From the NCBI GenBank assembly GCA_025363715.1, contig JANYLR010000015.1, positions 10,210-74,209 on the forward strand: 64,000 nt of DNA. Direction: 5' to 3'. Positions within the stretch are counted from its first letter, which is position 1; every line of letters starts with the position of its first letter. Below the pieces are notes generated by a model that was not told where the DNA came from, made no database searches, and saw nothing but the letters and a program-made list of their open reading frames with translations. Below, one piece after another: positions 37,341 to 46,218 of the stretch. This DNA is from Holophagaceae bacterium (lineage in GTDB: Bacteria > Acidobacteriota > Holophagae > Holophagales > Holophagaceae). Both the position numbers and the translations under genes were made by a program.

Positions 37341-37352
37341 CAGCGAGAAGCC

Positions 37353-38222
37353 ATGAACCCAAGCCCAAAAGCCAAAGCTATCCAGGGATTCCGGCCCACG
37401 CGCCGGGAGGAACTGCCCCTAGTGAAGCGCATCGTCGTGAAGCTCGGTACCCAGGTGGTGGTGGACGCCGAGGGCAGGCCCGCCCTCAGCCGCCTGTACG
37501 GGCTGATGGAGACGGTGGCTGAGCTCTGCCGCCAGGGCGGGCAGCCCGTCCTGGTGTCCTCCGGAGCCATCGGCCTTGGGGCGCGACAGCTGGGCATCAA
37601 GCCCAAGGGACTCGCCCAGAAGCAGGCCTGCGCGGCCGCCGGCCAGGGCCAGCTCATGTCCATCTACCAGGAGGGCTTCGCCCGCATGGGGCTCTGCGCG
37701 GCCCAGGTGCTGCTGACGGAAGACGACTTTTCCGATCCCGTCCGCTACGCGAACCTCCGGCATACCCTCGATACCCTGCTGGAACTGGGCGCCATCCCCG
37801 TGCTCAACGAGAACGATACGGTCTCCACCCTGGAGCTGGAGCGGCCGGTCCCGGGTCGCACCGCCATCTTCAGCGACAATGACCACCTGTCGGCGCTGGT
37901 CGCCACCCACCTGGAGGCCGATCTGCTGGTGCTCCTTTCGGACGTGACGGCGCTGCACACCCGGAATCCCGGGCTCTATCCCGATGCCACGCCGCTGGTG
38001 GAGGTGTCCTTCGGAGCCGACCTCAGCGTGAACCTGGAAGGCACCTCGGGTCGCGGCCGGGGCGGCATGGTCAGCAAGGTGGAGGCGGCCCGGGTGGCAG
38101 CCCGGGCCGGCGTGCCCGTGGTGCTGGCTTCGGGCCTTCAGTTCAACGTCCTGCGGCAGATCCTCGCCGGCGAACCCGTGGGGACTTTGTTCCTCGCTGC
38201 CCCTGGTGGAGGCCGACCATGA
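37353..38222 (+). CDS. proB: Glutamate 5-kinase (no PUA domain)
   Basis: RIVVKLGT, VSSGAI, QACAAAGQ, PVLNENDTV, DND.LSALVA, GRGGM.SK. Confidence 0.95.
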   Translation: MNPSPKAKAIQGFRPTRREELPLVKRIVVKLGTQVVVDAEGRPALSRLYGLMETVAELCRQGGQPVLVSSGAIGLGARQLGIKPKGLAQKQACAAAGQGQLMSIYQEGFARMGLCAAQVLLTEDDFSDPVRYANLRHTLDTLLELGAIPVLNENDTVSTLELERPVPGRTAIFSDNDHLSALVATHLEADLLVLLSDVTALHTRNPGLYPDATPLVEVSFGADLSVNLEGTSGRGRGGMVSKVEAARVAARAGVPVVLASGLQFNVLRQILAGEPVGTLFLAAPGGGRP

Positions 38223-39535
38223 CCGCGGAATCCAGTTCCTCCCTGCAAATCCAGGCCCTGGCCCAGGAGGCCCGGAACGCCTCGCGCCAGCTGGCGATCA
38301 CCACCTCGGAGCAGCGCGTGGCGGTGCTCAACCTGCTGGCCGAACACCTGAAGCGCCAGGCCCGGATCCTCCTTGCGGCCAATGCTGAGGACATGCATGA
38401 GGCCACAGGCTCCATCGATGCCTCGAGCCTCCAGCGGCTCAAGCTGGACGAGGCCAAGCTGGCCGCCATGATCCAGGGCGTCCGGGCCGTGGCCGCCCTG
38501 CCGGACCCCCTGAACCGCGTGCAGCTGCGCCGGGAGCTGGACGAGGGCCTCGAACTCACCCGGGTGGCCTGCCCCCTGGGCGTACTGTGCGTCATCTTCG
38601 AATCGCGACCGGACGCCCTCATCCAGATCAGTGCCCTGGCCCTCAAGAGCGGCAACGCGGTGCTGCTCAAGGGTGGCAGCGAGGCCCGCCGGTCCAACGA
38701 GGCGCTGCTCCTCACCGTCCAGAGCGCGCTGGCGGAAGCCGGACTCCCGGTTGCCTCCGTGCAGGGCCTGCCCGACCGAGCGGCGGTGGCGGCCCTGCTG
38801 CAGCGCCCCGACCTGGTGGACCTGGTGATTCCGCGCGGGTCCAACGCGCTGGTGCAGAGCATCCAGGCCGCCACCCGGATTCCCGTGCTGGGCCATGCGG
38901 AAGGCATCTGCCACATGTACCTCGACGAGGCCGCGGATACCGCCATGGCCGTCGCCCTGGTGCGGGATGGGAAGCTGCAGTACCCCTCCGCCTGCAACGC
39001 CGTGGAGACGGTGCTCATCCATCGCCAGGCCGCGGCCCGCCTGCTGCCCGCCCTGGTGGCGGACCTGGCCCCCCGGGGCGTGGAGCTGCGCGGCTGCCCG
39101 GAGTGCCGGGCCCTGGTCCCCACCCTGGGCGAAGCCACTGAGGCCGACTGGGGCGCCGAGTATGGCGTGCCCATCCTGGCCCTCAAGGTGGTGGCCGACC
39201 TCGACGCGGCCCTGGCCCATATCCGCACCTACGGCAGCGGTCATACCGAAGCCATCGTGACTGAGAACCCGGCCACCGCCGACCGCTTCCTGGCCGAGGT
39301 GGATGCGGCGGGGGTGTTCCACAACGCCTCCACCCGTTTTGCCGACGGGTTCCGCTACGGCTTCGGGGCCGAGGTCGGCATCAGCACCGGGCGCATCCAT
39401 GCCCGGGGGCCCGTGGGGATCGAAGGCCTGCTCAGCTACCGGTACCTGTTGAAGGGGCACGGACAGCGGGCGGAGGACTATTCTGGACCCACCGGGAGGC
39501 CCTTCCAGCACCTGGACCTTCCCCTGGATATATAA
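38219..39535 (+). CDS. proA: Gamma-glutamyl phosphate reductase
   Basis: IFESRP, LKSGNAVLLKGGSEA, ACNAVET, NASTRFADG.RYGFGAEVGISTGRIHARGPVG; ATGA overlap with proB. Confidence 0.96.
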   Translation: MTAESSSSLQIQALAQEARNASRQLAITTSEQRVAVLNLLAEHLKRQARILLAANAEDMHEATGSIDASSLQRLKLDEAKLAAMIQGVRAVAALPDPLNRVQLRRELDEGLELTRVACPLGVLCVIFESRPDALIQISALALKSGNAVLLKGGSEARRSNEALLLTVQSALAEAGLPVASVQGLPDRAAVAALLQRPDLVDLVIPRGSNALVQSIQAATRIPVLGHAEGICHMYLDEAADTAMAVALVRDGKLQYPSACNAVETVLIHRQAAARLLPALVADLAPRGVELRGCPECRALVPTLGEATEADWGAEYGVPILALKVVADLDAALAHIRTYGSGHTEAIVTENPATADRFLAEVDAAGVFHNASTRFADGFRYGFGAEVGISTGRIHARGPVGIEGLLSYRYLLKGHGQRAEDYSGPTGRPFQHLDLPLDI

Positions 39536-39657
39536 GCTCGATTAATCAAATCATAAATCGTTATAACTTGAGCCGGGGGTCTGGACTGCTAATCTTGGAG
39601 GGAGTCTTGTCGCCCCCAACTACATGTAGGGGCGACATTTCCTTATCGGGAGGAACC

Positions 39658-40968
39658 GTGTCGACCCTGCTCTCCCTCGAAACCCCTGCCTTCGCCGTGC
39701 CTGAGGCCCATCTTGTCCCGGTGAGTGATCACCTGGGGAAGATGATGGCGATTCCTGCCTCGCGCATGTTCCTCATCAATAAATCCCTGAAGGTATTCCA
39801 GGAAAAGCAGCCCGGCGTGCAAATCTTCGACGCCAGCCAGGGGGACGGTGGCGCCTCCCTGCCCGGCGTGCCTGAGGCCCTGCTGGACCGTGCCTTCGAG
39901 CTGCAGAAGCAGCACGGCACCGCCTACGACATGCCCTTCGGCACCGAGGCCTTCCGCAAGATCGTGGCCGAGTCCTACTGGAAGTTGGCTCCGGACACAG
40001 GCTGGGGCACCGCCAATGTCATCGGGACCCAGGGTGGTCGTGACGCCCTGGTGAAGGCCTACCAGGCCATGCTGGCCCTGGGCCATGGCCGCCAGGGCGA
40101 TGCCATCGTCGTGAGCCGCGTGCCCTGGATCAGCTACAACTGGGGGCCCTATGGCATCGGCGCCAATGTGATGTGGGCCCCGGGCTTCGCCGAAGATGCC
40201 TGGGCCTACTCTGAAGAGGGCATCCAGGCCTGTGTCACCGAGGCCGCCAAGTCCGGCCGCAAGGTGGCGGGCTTGGTCATCACCAGCCCCGATAACCCCA
40301 CGGGCAACACCCTCACGCTTGAGCGCCAGATCACTCTGGCTCGAGCCGCCCTGGAGGCAGGCGTGGCCTTCGTGCTCTTCGACTGGATGTACCACACCGT
40401 CGGCGATGGCGATCCTTATGATGTGAACGTGCTGCTGCGGGCCTTCGAGCCGGCCCAGCGCAAGCGCCTCATGGTGCTGGACGGCATCACCAAAACCCTG
40501 GGCGGCTCCAACATCCGCAACTGCCATCTGCTGGCGGATGCCGAGGTGGTCAAGACCATCGTGGCCCAGGCTTCGCACACCGTGATCCCCTCCTTCTTCA
40601 GCCTGGCCGTGGCCATGGCCGCCTATGAAAAGGGCATCAAGGTCGCCGCCGAACCCATCGCCGGTCCCACGCGCGAAAGCCGGGCCTGGCTTCGGAATTT
40701 CCTGAAGGAAAAGCAGCTCACCCACGTCATCGGCCAGGGCTACTATGCCTTCATCAAGGTGGCCGACGCCCTCAAGGGCAAGGGCTGGGCCGACTCCGAG
40801 CCCATGGGCCAGTACCTGGCCGAAGAGCATGGCGTGGCGGTGGTGCCCGGCGCCTTCTTCAGCCCGTACGGCGGCGAGTGGATCCGCTTCTCCTACGCCA
40901 CCCCCCCCGCAGTGACCCAGGGCGCGGCGACTAGGTTGCTGGAAGCGCTCAAGAGCCTGGAAAAGTAG
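39658..40968 (+). CDS. Class I/II PLP-dependent aminotransferase
   Basis: GGAGG RBS + GTG; SPDNPTG, D..Y, DGITK, VAVVPG.FF, IRFSYA. Confidence 0.85.
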   Translation: MSTLLSLETPAFAVPEAHLVPVSDHLGKMMAIPASRMFLINKSLKVFQEKQPGVQIFDASQGDGGASLPGVPEALLDRAFELQKQHGTAYDMPFGTEAFRKIVAESYWKLAPDTGWGTANVIGTQGGRDALVKAYQAMLALGHGRQGDAIVVSRVPWISYNWGPYGIGANVMWAPGFAEDAWAYSEEGIQACVTEAAKSGRKVAGLVITSPDNPTGNTLTLERQITLARAALEAGVAFVLFDWMYHTVGDGDPYDVNVLLRAFEPAQRKRLMVLDGITKTLGGSNIRNCHLLADAEVVKTIVAQASHTVIPSFFSLAVAMAAYEKGIKVAAEPIAGPTRESRAWLRNFLKEKQLTHVIGQGYYAFIKVADALKGKGWADSEPMGQYLAEEHGVAVVPGAFFSPYGGEWIRFSYATPPAVTQGAATRLLEALKSLEK

Positions 40969-40982
40969 AACGATGAAGTTCT

Positions 40983-41056
40983 AACCGCAGATGTCGCAGA
41001 TGTCGCAGATGAACGGCCAAGAAAATCCATCTGCGCCATCGGCGACATCTGCGGTT
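40983..41056. repeat. 9-bp-periodic inverted repeat element
   Basis: AACCGCAGAT-GTCGCAGAT-GTCGCAGAT ... CATCTGCGC-CATCGGCGA-CATCTGCGGTT. Confidence 0.8.
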
Positions 41057-41127
41057 CAATAGTTCAGTTTTCTTATATTGAGTCTCTGAGGAAGCACAAG
41101 CCCTCAGCTGATTGATTCGGAGCATCC

Positions 41128-43938
41128 GTGTTTGACCTGAAGGCATTCGTCGAGAAATTCCAGCTGGCCCGTCAGACGGCGCTGGAGACGCGTCCTTCCG
41201 GCGGGCTCTGCGGGCTGGAGCTGGAGTGGAACCTGGTGGATCCCCAGTTCCGCCCCCTGCTCACCGTGGGCACGGGCCCCGACAAGATGTCCTTCGTGGA
41301 CCACCTGCGCACCAAGGTGCTATCGCCCTGGACGGAGGAGTACCACCAGCTCGAAGTCTTCCACTGGATGATCGAATGGGTCACGCGGCCCTACTACACC
41401 CCCAGGGGCGCCGTTTACGAAGGCCGCCTGCTGGAGGCGGCCCTCATCAACGCCTTGGCCAAGGTCGGGCGCAGCTTCGGTGAGCCCCTCTACTACTGGC
41501 ACGGCAACCTGCTGGTGCTGCCCAAGATCGGTCCCGACTGTGTGCCGGAATCCTGGCACCTGGCCAAGCGTCGCTACCTTCAGCGCTGCGTGGACATGTA
41601 CGGCACCGAGCTGGCCACGGCCGGTACCCACTCGAACCTGAGTTTGCCCGAGCCCATGCTCGCATGGGACTTCATGCACCTGTCCGCCTCCGAGCGCGGG
41701 GACAGCCACCTGGACGACTACAAGAACCAGGTCTACATCACCAGCACGCGCCTCATGCGTGCCTTCGCGGCAGTCTTCATCGCCGCCAGCGCCAGCACGC
41801 CCCTCCAAGCCTCGGAGGAAGACGGCAAACCTGTCGTCCGGCTCACGCCCTTCGAATCGGTGCGCAACCTCACCTTTCCGAATCCGCCCGCGCTGGACGT
41901 GCCCGATCTCAACCGCAGCCACCCCGATTACCTGCGCCTGTCCTATGACCTGGTGCGAAGCGGCGTGCGCTTCGGCAACAACAACTGGATCCCCGTCCGC
42001 GCCCGCTCCCAGGCCGAGCCCGTGGAGCGCCTCATCCAGGTCACCAGCGACCAGCTGCACGATATCTACGCGCGGGGCCTCTTCGCCGCCGGCGAAACGC
42101 GCAACGTGGAGGACATGGCCGCCCAGATCGAGCGCCAGAACCTCTTCGCCCGCATCGATCTGCCCATGGCCCGCGTGGAAGTGCGCACGGACGACCCCGG
42201 TCACGACCTGGCCCTGGATATCGCCAACCTCACATTGAAGCACCTGCTCCAGCTGCGTTTCTATGCCGACCCCGACTTCGCCCGTGGCTTCAGATACGAC
42301 GCCGAGGATATCAAGCGGGCCCGGCGCAACGAGGATCTGGCGGCCCGGGAAGGCCTGCGCGGCATCATCGAGGATCCCCTTACGGCCAAACCCATCGCCC
42401 TCCGTGCCTTCCTGGAGTGGACCCTCCAGGAGATGCGGCCGCTGGCCGAGGCCCTGGACCTCTGGGAGGACCTCGAACCCCTCCGCGCCATGGCCGCGGG
42501 AGCCCCCAGCACCGCCGAGCTCATCCGGCAGACCCTCAAGGCCAAGCTGGGCAGCTCCGATATCGTGCCGCCCGAGCTGCTGGTAGAGCTGTCCGAGGCC
42601 CGGAAGGCCCGGGTGCGGGACGACGTGGAGATCATCACGGCCCATCTCTCGGACCTGGGCGGCGAAGCCAGCAAGCTTCAGGATTTCGTGGAACACGCCC
42701 GGGACGAGGTGCATCTGGATCCCCAGGCCCCCGTTCGCTTCCAGCCCCGGCCCGAAGCGCTGGTGGACGCGGAGTACCCGGACAAGACCACCGAGATCGT
42801 GGCCCTATCCCAGCGCCTGGTGCGCATTCCCAGTGTCACCGCCTGCCCCGAGGAGCGGGTCTCCGAGGTCCACCGGGCCGCCACCTTTGTCTACGATTAC
42901 CTGCGCAACCATGGCGTGCCCGCCATGACCTTCGACCAGGGCCCCTTCCCCGCCGTGCTGGCCCACTTCCCCGGCGGCGAGAAGGCCCCGGCCATGCTGT
43001 GCGGCCACTTCGACGTGGTGGAGCCCGAGCCCGATGACAGCCAGTTCGAGCCCAAGATCGAAGGCGACTACCTCTGGGGCCGCGGCGCCGCGGACATGAA
43101 GACCGTGGTCTCCACCTACATGGTGTGGATGAAGGACACCCTCAAGAAGGGCGCGCCCTATCCCCCCGTGAACCTGTTACTGGTGGGCAACGAGGAGAAT
43201 GGCGAGCTGGAGCCCATGGGCACCCCCCATGTGCTGAAGCAGCTGATGGAGGAGTGGAACTACGAGCCCTCCTTCTTCGTGGCGGGCGAGCGCACGGGCG
43301 AGAAGGGCACCGAGCTCTGGGGCGAGGTCTGTACTCAGAACCGCGGCGTTCTGCGCTTTGAGCTGGTGGCCCATGGCACCCGGGGCCACAGCGGCCTGGC
43401 GGGCGGCGCCGACCTCACCGAACGCCTGCTCAGCGGCCGGGAGGCCCTGCGCGAGCTGTTCGCCAAGCACCTGACCCTGAAGGCCGCGGACGGGTGGCAG
43501 TCCCTGGCCCGCTTCGCCTACATCCAGGTGGGCACCCCCGGCATCTTCAACATCACGCCGGATCGCGGCTCCCTGGGTGTGGAGATCCGCCCCATCCCCC
43601 AGGATGACGTCTCGAAGATGCGGGCGGAAATCGAGGCTCTGGCTGCCGAGCTGCAGCTGGAATTCTTGCCCTCCGCCTGGGAACCCGGCGTGGCCTGCGA
43701 CCCCGGGAACCCCTATCTCAAGGCCCTGCTCTCGGGCATCACGGCCGCTGGCGGCGACGTGCGCATCGGCCGCAAAGGCGCCGGCACTTCAGCGCGGTTC
43801 GCGCCGGGCGGGCAGGCCGTGGTCTGGGGCCAGACGGGCATCGGCCCCCACGCCGCCGGCGAGCGTCACTACATCCCCAGCATCGATCCCTACTACCGGG
43901 CCCTGGATGCCTTCGCGGTGGAGCTGCGCAAGGAGTAG
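41128..43938 (+). CDS. Fusion: glutamate-cysteine-ligase-like (GCS2) domain + M20 (ArgE/DapE-type) metallohydrolase
   Basis: N-terminal GLELEW, MIEWVT, GTH.NLS, WIPVR, RVEVRTDD; C-terminal CGHFDVV, GRGAADMK, GNEE, GE, PH...E. Confidence 0.75.
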   Translation: MFDLKAFVEKFQLARQTALETRPSGGLCGLELEWNLVDPQFRPLLTVGTGPDKMSFVDHLRTKVLSPWTEEYHQLEVFHWMIEWVTRPYYTPRGAVYEGRLLEAALINALAKVGRSFGEPLYYWHGNLLVLPKIGPDCVPESWHLAKRRYLQRCVDMYGTELATAGTHSNLSLPEPMLAWDFMHLSASERGDSHLDDYKNQVYITSTRLMRAFAAVFIAASASTPLQASEEDGKPVVRLTPFESVRNLTFPNPPALDVPDLNRSHPDYLRLSYDLVRSGVRFGNNNWIPVRARSQAEPVERLIQVTSDQLHDIYARGLFAAGETRNVEDMAAQIERQNLFARIDLPMARVEVRTDDPGHDLALDIANLTLKHLLQLRFYADPDFARGFRYDAEDIKRARRNEDLAAREGLRGIIEDPLTAKPIALRAFLEWTLQEMRPLAEALDLWEDLEPLRAMAAGAPSTAELIRQTLKAKLGSSDIVPPELLVELSEARKARVRDDVEIITAHLSDLGGEASKLQDFVEHARDEVHLDPQAPVRFQPRPEALVDAEYPDKTTEIVALSQRLVRIPSVTACPEERVSEVHRAATFVYDYLRNHGVPAMTFDQGPFPAVLAHFPGGEKAPAMLCGHFDVVEPEPDDSQFEPKIEGDYLWGRGAADMKTVVSTYMVWMKDTLKKGAPYPPVNLLLVGNEENGELEPMGTPHVLKQLMEEWNYEPSFFVAGERTGEKGTELWGEVCTQNRGVLRFELVAHGTRGHSGLAGGADLTERLLSGREALRELFAKHLTLKAADGWQSLARFAYIQVGTPGIFNITPDRGSLGVEIRPIPQDDVSKMRAEIEALAAELQLEFLPSAWEPGVACDPGNPYLKALLSGITAAGGDVRIGRKGAGTSARFAPGGQAVVWGQTGIGPHAAGERHYIPSIDPYYRALDAFAVELRKE

Positions 43939-43967
43939 GCTAGAGCCAGCGGGAAAGGATCGCTGGC

Positions 43968-44747
43968 ATGCCAAAATTCGCCGCCAATCTGACGATGCTC
44001 TTCAACGAGCTGGAGTTCATGGACCGTTTCGAGGCCGCCGCCAAGGCTGGCTTCCACGGCGTGGAGTATCTCTTTCCCTACGCCTACCCCAAAGAGGAGT
44101 TGACCGAACGCCTGCGCCGTCAGGAGCTGGTCCAGGTCCTCCACAACCTCCCCGCCGGCGACTGGACCAAGGGCGAGCGGGGCATCGCGGTCCTGCCTGA
44201 TCGTGTAGGCGAATTCCAGGAGGGCGTGGGCAAGGCCATCGAGTACGCGCAGGCGCTTGGTTGTACCCAGCTCAACTGCCTGGCCGGAATCCGTCCGGCC
44301 GGCGTGCCCGAGGACAAGCTCCAGGCCACCCTGGTGGAGAACCTGCGCTTCGCCGCCGACCAGCTCCAGGCCGCCGGCATCCGCCTGCTGGTCGAAGCCA
44401 TCAACACCCGTGACATCCCGGGGTTCTACCTTTGCGGCACACAGCAGACCGCAGACCTGATTGCCGCCACCGGCAGCGACAACATCTTCCTGCAGTACGA
44501 CATCTACCACATGCAGCGCATGGAAGGCGAACTGGCCGCCACACTGGAACAGCACCTGCCCCGCATCGCGCACATCCAGCTGGCGGATAATCCTGGACGC
44601 CACGAGCCCGGCACCGGGGAAATCAACTATCCCTTCCTGTTCGCGCATCTCGACCGCCTTGGCTACGACGGGTGGATCGGCTGCGAGTACAAGCCGCTCA
44701 CCACGACGACCGAGGGCCTGGGCTGGGTCACGGTCATGGGCCGGTAG
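43968..44747 (+). CDS. hyi: Hydroxypyruvate isomerase
   Basis: MPKFAANLTMLF.E, EYLFPY, DIYHMQ..EG, ADNPGRHEPGTGEINY, GCEYKP. Confidence 0.93.
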   Translation: MPKFAANLTMLFNELEFMDRFEAAAKAGFHGVEYLFPYAYPKEELTERLRRQELVQVLHNLPAGDWTKGERGIAVLPDRVGEFQEGVGKAIEYAQALGCTQLNCLAGIRPAGVPEDKLQATLVENLRFAADQLQAAGIRLLVEAINTRDIPGFYLCGTQQTADLIAATGSDNIFLQYDIYHMQRMEGELAATLEQHLPRIAHIQLADNPGRHEPGTGEINYPFLFAHLDRLGYDGWIGCEYKPLTTTTEGLGWVTVMGR

Positions 44748-44824
44748 TCCGGCCTCCGCCTGCGGCCAGGACCTTCTGCGCCAGCCTTGCAAGACAAGAG
44801 CTGCCCACCCACTCCGGAGGAAAC

Positions 44825-45718
44825 ATGAGCAAAATCGGGTTCATCGGACTCGGCATCATGGGCACGCCCATGGCGGGCCACCTGATCAAGGCTGGCCATG
44901 AGGTGTTCCTGTTCAGCCTGCCAGCGGTGCCGCAGGGGCTGATCGAAGCGGGGGGCAAGCCCTGCGCCAGCGGCAAGGAGGTCGCCCAGAAGGCCGACCT
45001 CATCATCCTGATGGTGCCGGACACACCGCATGTGCGATCTGCTTTGTTTGACCCCAACGGCATCGCCGAAGGACTGACCCCGGGCAAGACTGTGGTCGAC
45101 ATGAGCTCCATCTCGCCCATCGAGACCAAGGCATTCGCGAAGCGGATCAACGACCTGGGCTGCCAGTACCTCGATGCGCCCGTATCCGGCGGCGAGGTGG
45201 GTGCCAAGAATGCCGCCCTGTCGATCATGGTCGGCGGCTCCGAAGCCACCTTCGAGCTGGTCAGACCCGTGTTTGAGCTGCTCGGGAAAAACATCACGCT
45301 GGTGGGCCAGAACGGCGACGGACAGACGGCCAAGGTCGCCAACCAGATCATCGTGGCCCTGACCATCGAGGCCGTGGGCGAAGCCCTGCTGTTCGCGGCG
45401 AAGGCCGGTGCTGACCCGGCCAAGGTCCGTGCGGCTCTGATGGGCGGCTTCGCCTCATCGAAGATCCTGGAAGTGCACGGCGAGCGCATGATCAAGCGGA
45501 CTTTCGACCCGGGCTTCCGCATCGAGCTCCACCAGAAGGACCTGAACCTGGCTCTTTCCACGGCCCGGACCCTGGGTGTTTCGCTACCCAACACAGCCAC
45601 GGCCCAGGAGTTGTTCAACGCCTGTGCGGCCCATGGGGGCAGGGCCTGGGATCACTCGGCCATGGTCCGCGCCCTCGAATCTCTCGCGAACTTCGAGATT
45701 GGCCAGGCGTCCAACTAG
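44825..45718 (+). CDS. glxR: 2-hydroxy-3-oxopropionate (tartronate semialdehyde) reductase
   Basis: GFIGLGIMG.PMA, DAPVSGGE.GA, GDGQT.KVANQIIVA, FDPGFRI.LHQKDL. Confidence 0.93.
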   Translation: MSKIGFIGLGIMGTPMAGHLIKAGHEVFLFSLPAVPQGLIEAGGKPCASGKEVAQKADLIILMVPDTPHVRSALFDPNGIAEGLTPGKTVVDMSSISPIETKAFAKRINDLGCQYLDAPVSGGEVGAKNAALSIMVGGSEATFELVRPVFELLGKNITLVGQNGDGQTAKVANQIIVALTIEAVGEALLFAAKAGADPAKVRAALMGGFASSKILEVHGERMIKRTFDPGFRIELHQKDLNLALSTARTLGVSLPNTATAQELFNACAAHGGRAWDHSAMVRALESLANFEIGQASN

Positions 45719-45770
45719 AGACCAAGCCACACAGGCAGAGATCCATCCGGGATGTCAGAGTCCGAAAAGC

Positions 45771-46138
45771 GGAACACAGAGGACACAGAGCACCGCAGAG
45801 TTCACAGAGAAAAGCGCTGGTCGCGGTAGCCTCGGAAGAAAGCTGGAATCCACGGAAAAAGGCGGGGGCGTCCGCTCCGAAAGCACGGGCTGCATCCCGG
45901 GGGCGCCTGAGGCGCGTTTTTGTGACGCGGTCCAGGCGCCTCCGGGATCACACTTCCGGCCATGCCGGAAGCCGCCTACGGCGGGCCCGCGCGGTAAGGG
46001 TCATGGCCCCTTCCGCGTCTTCCGTGGGATTCCGTGTCTTCCGCGACCAGCCGCTCATGACTGCCTATGGGCCCAAGAGTGGATCTGCTCCTGGCAGTTC
46101 TCTGTGTCCTCCCTGGCCCTCTGCGTCCTCTGCGTTCC
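45771..46138. repeat. Nested periodic inverted-repeat elements
   Basis: Outer arms 45771-45811 / 46098-46138 (CACAGAG units); inner arms 45816-45857 / 46011-46051 (CACGGAA units). Confidence 0.75.
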
Positions 46139-46160
46139 TGTTTTCCCTGGAATTCCGGAA

Positions 46161-46202
46161 GAAGCAAAACGAAGGCCCTGGTCCCGCTGACCAGGGCCTT
46201 CG
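46161..46202 (-). terminator. Intrinsic terminator of the glcD-glcF-like operon
   Basis: 14-bp stem CGAAGGCCCTGGTC/GACCAGGGCCTTCG followed by TTTT on the minus strand. Confidence 0.75.
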
Positions 46203-46218
46203 CCGATCGGGCCTTGGC

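Noticed and set aside
37160-37345. T-box riboswitch upstream of proB
   Set aside because: No T-box sequence (GGTGGnACCGCG) or stem I is recognisable, and the leader is short; leader-peptide attenuation fits better.
39530-39570. AT-rich patch with possible LysR T-N11-A boxes before the aminotransferase
   Set aside because: Probably a promoter/operator, but the motif is too degenerate to assign.
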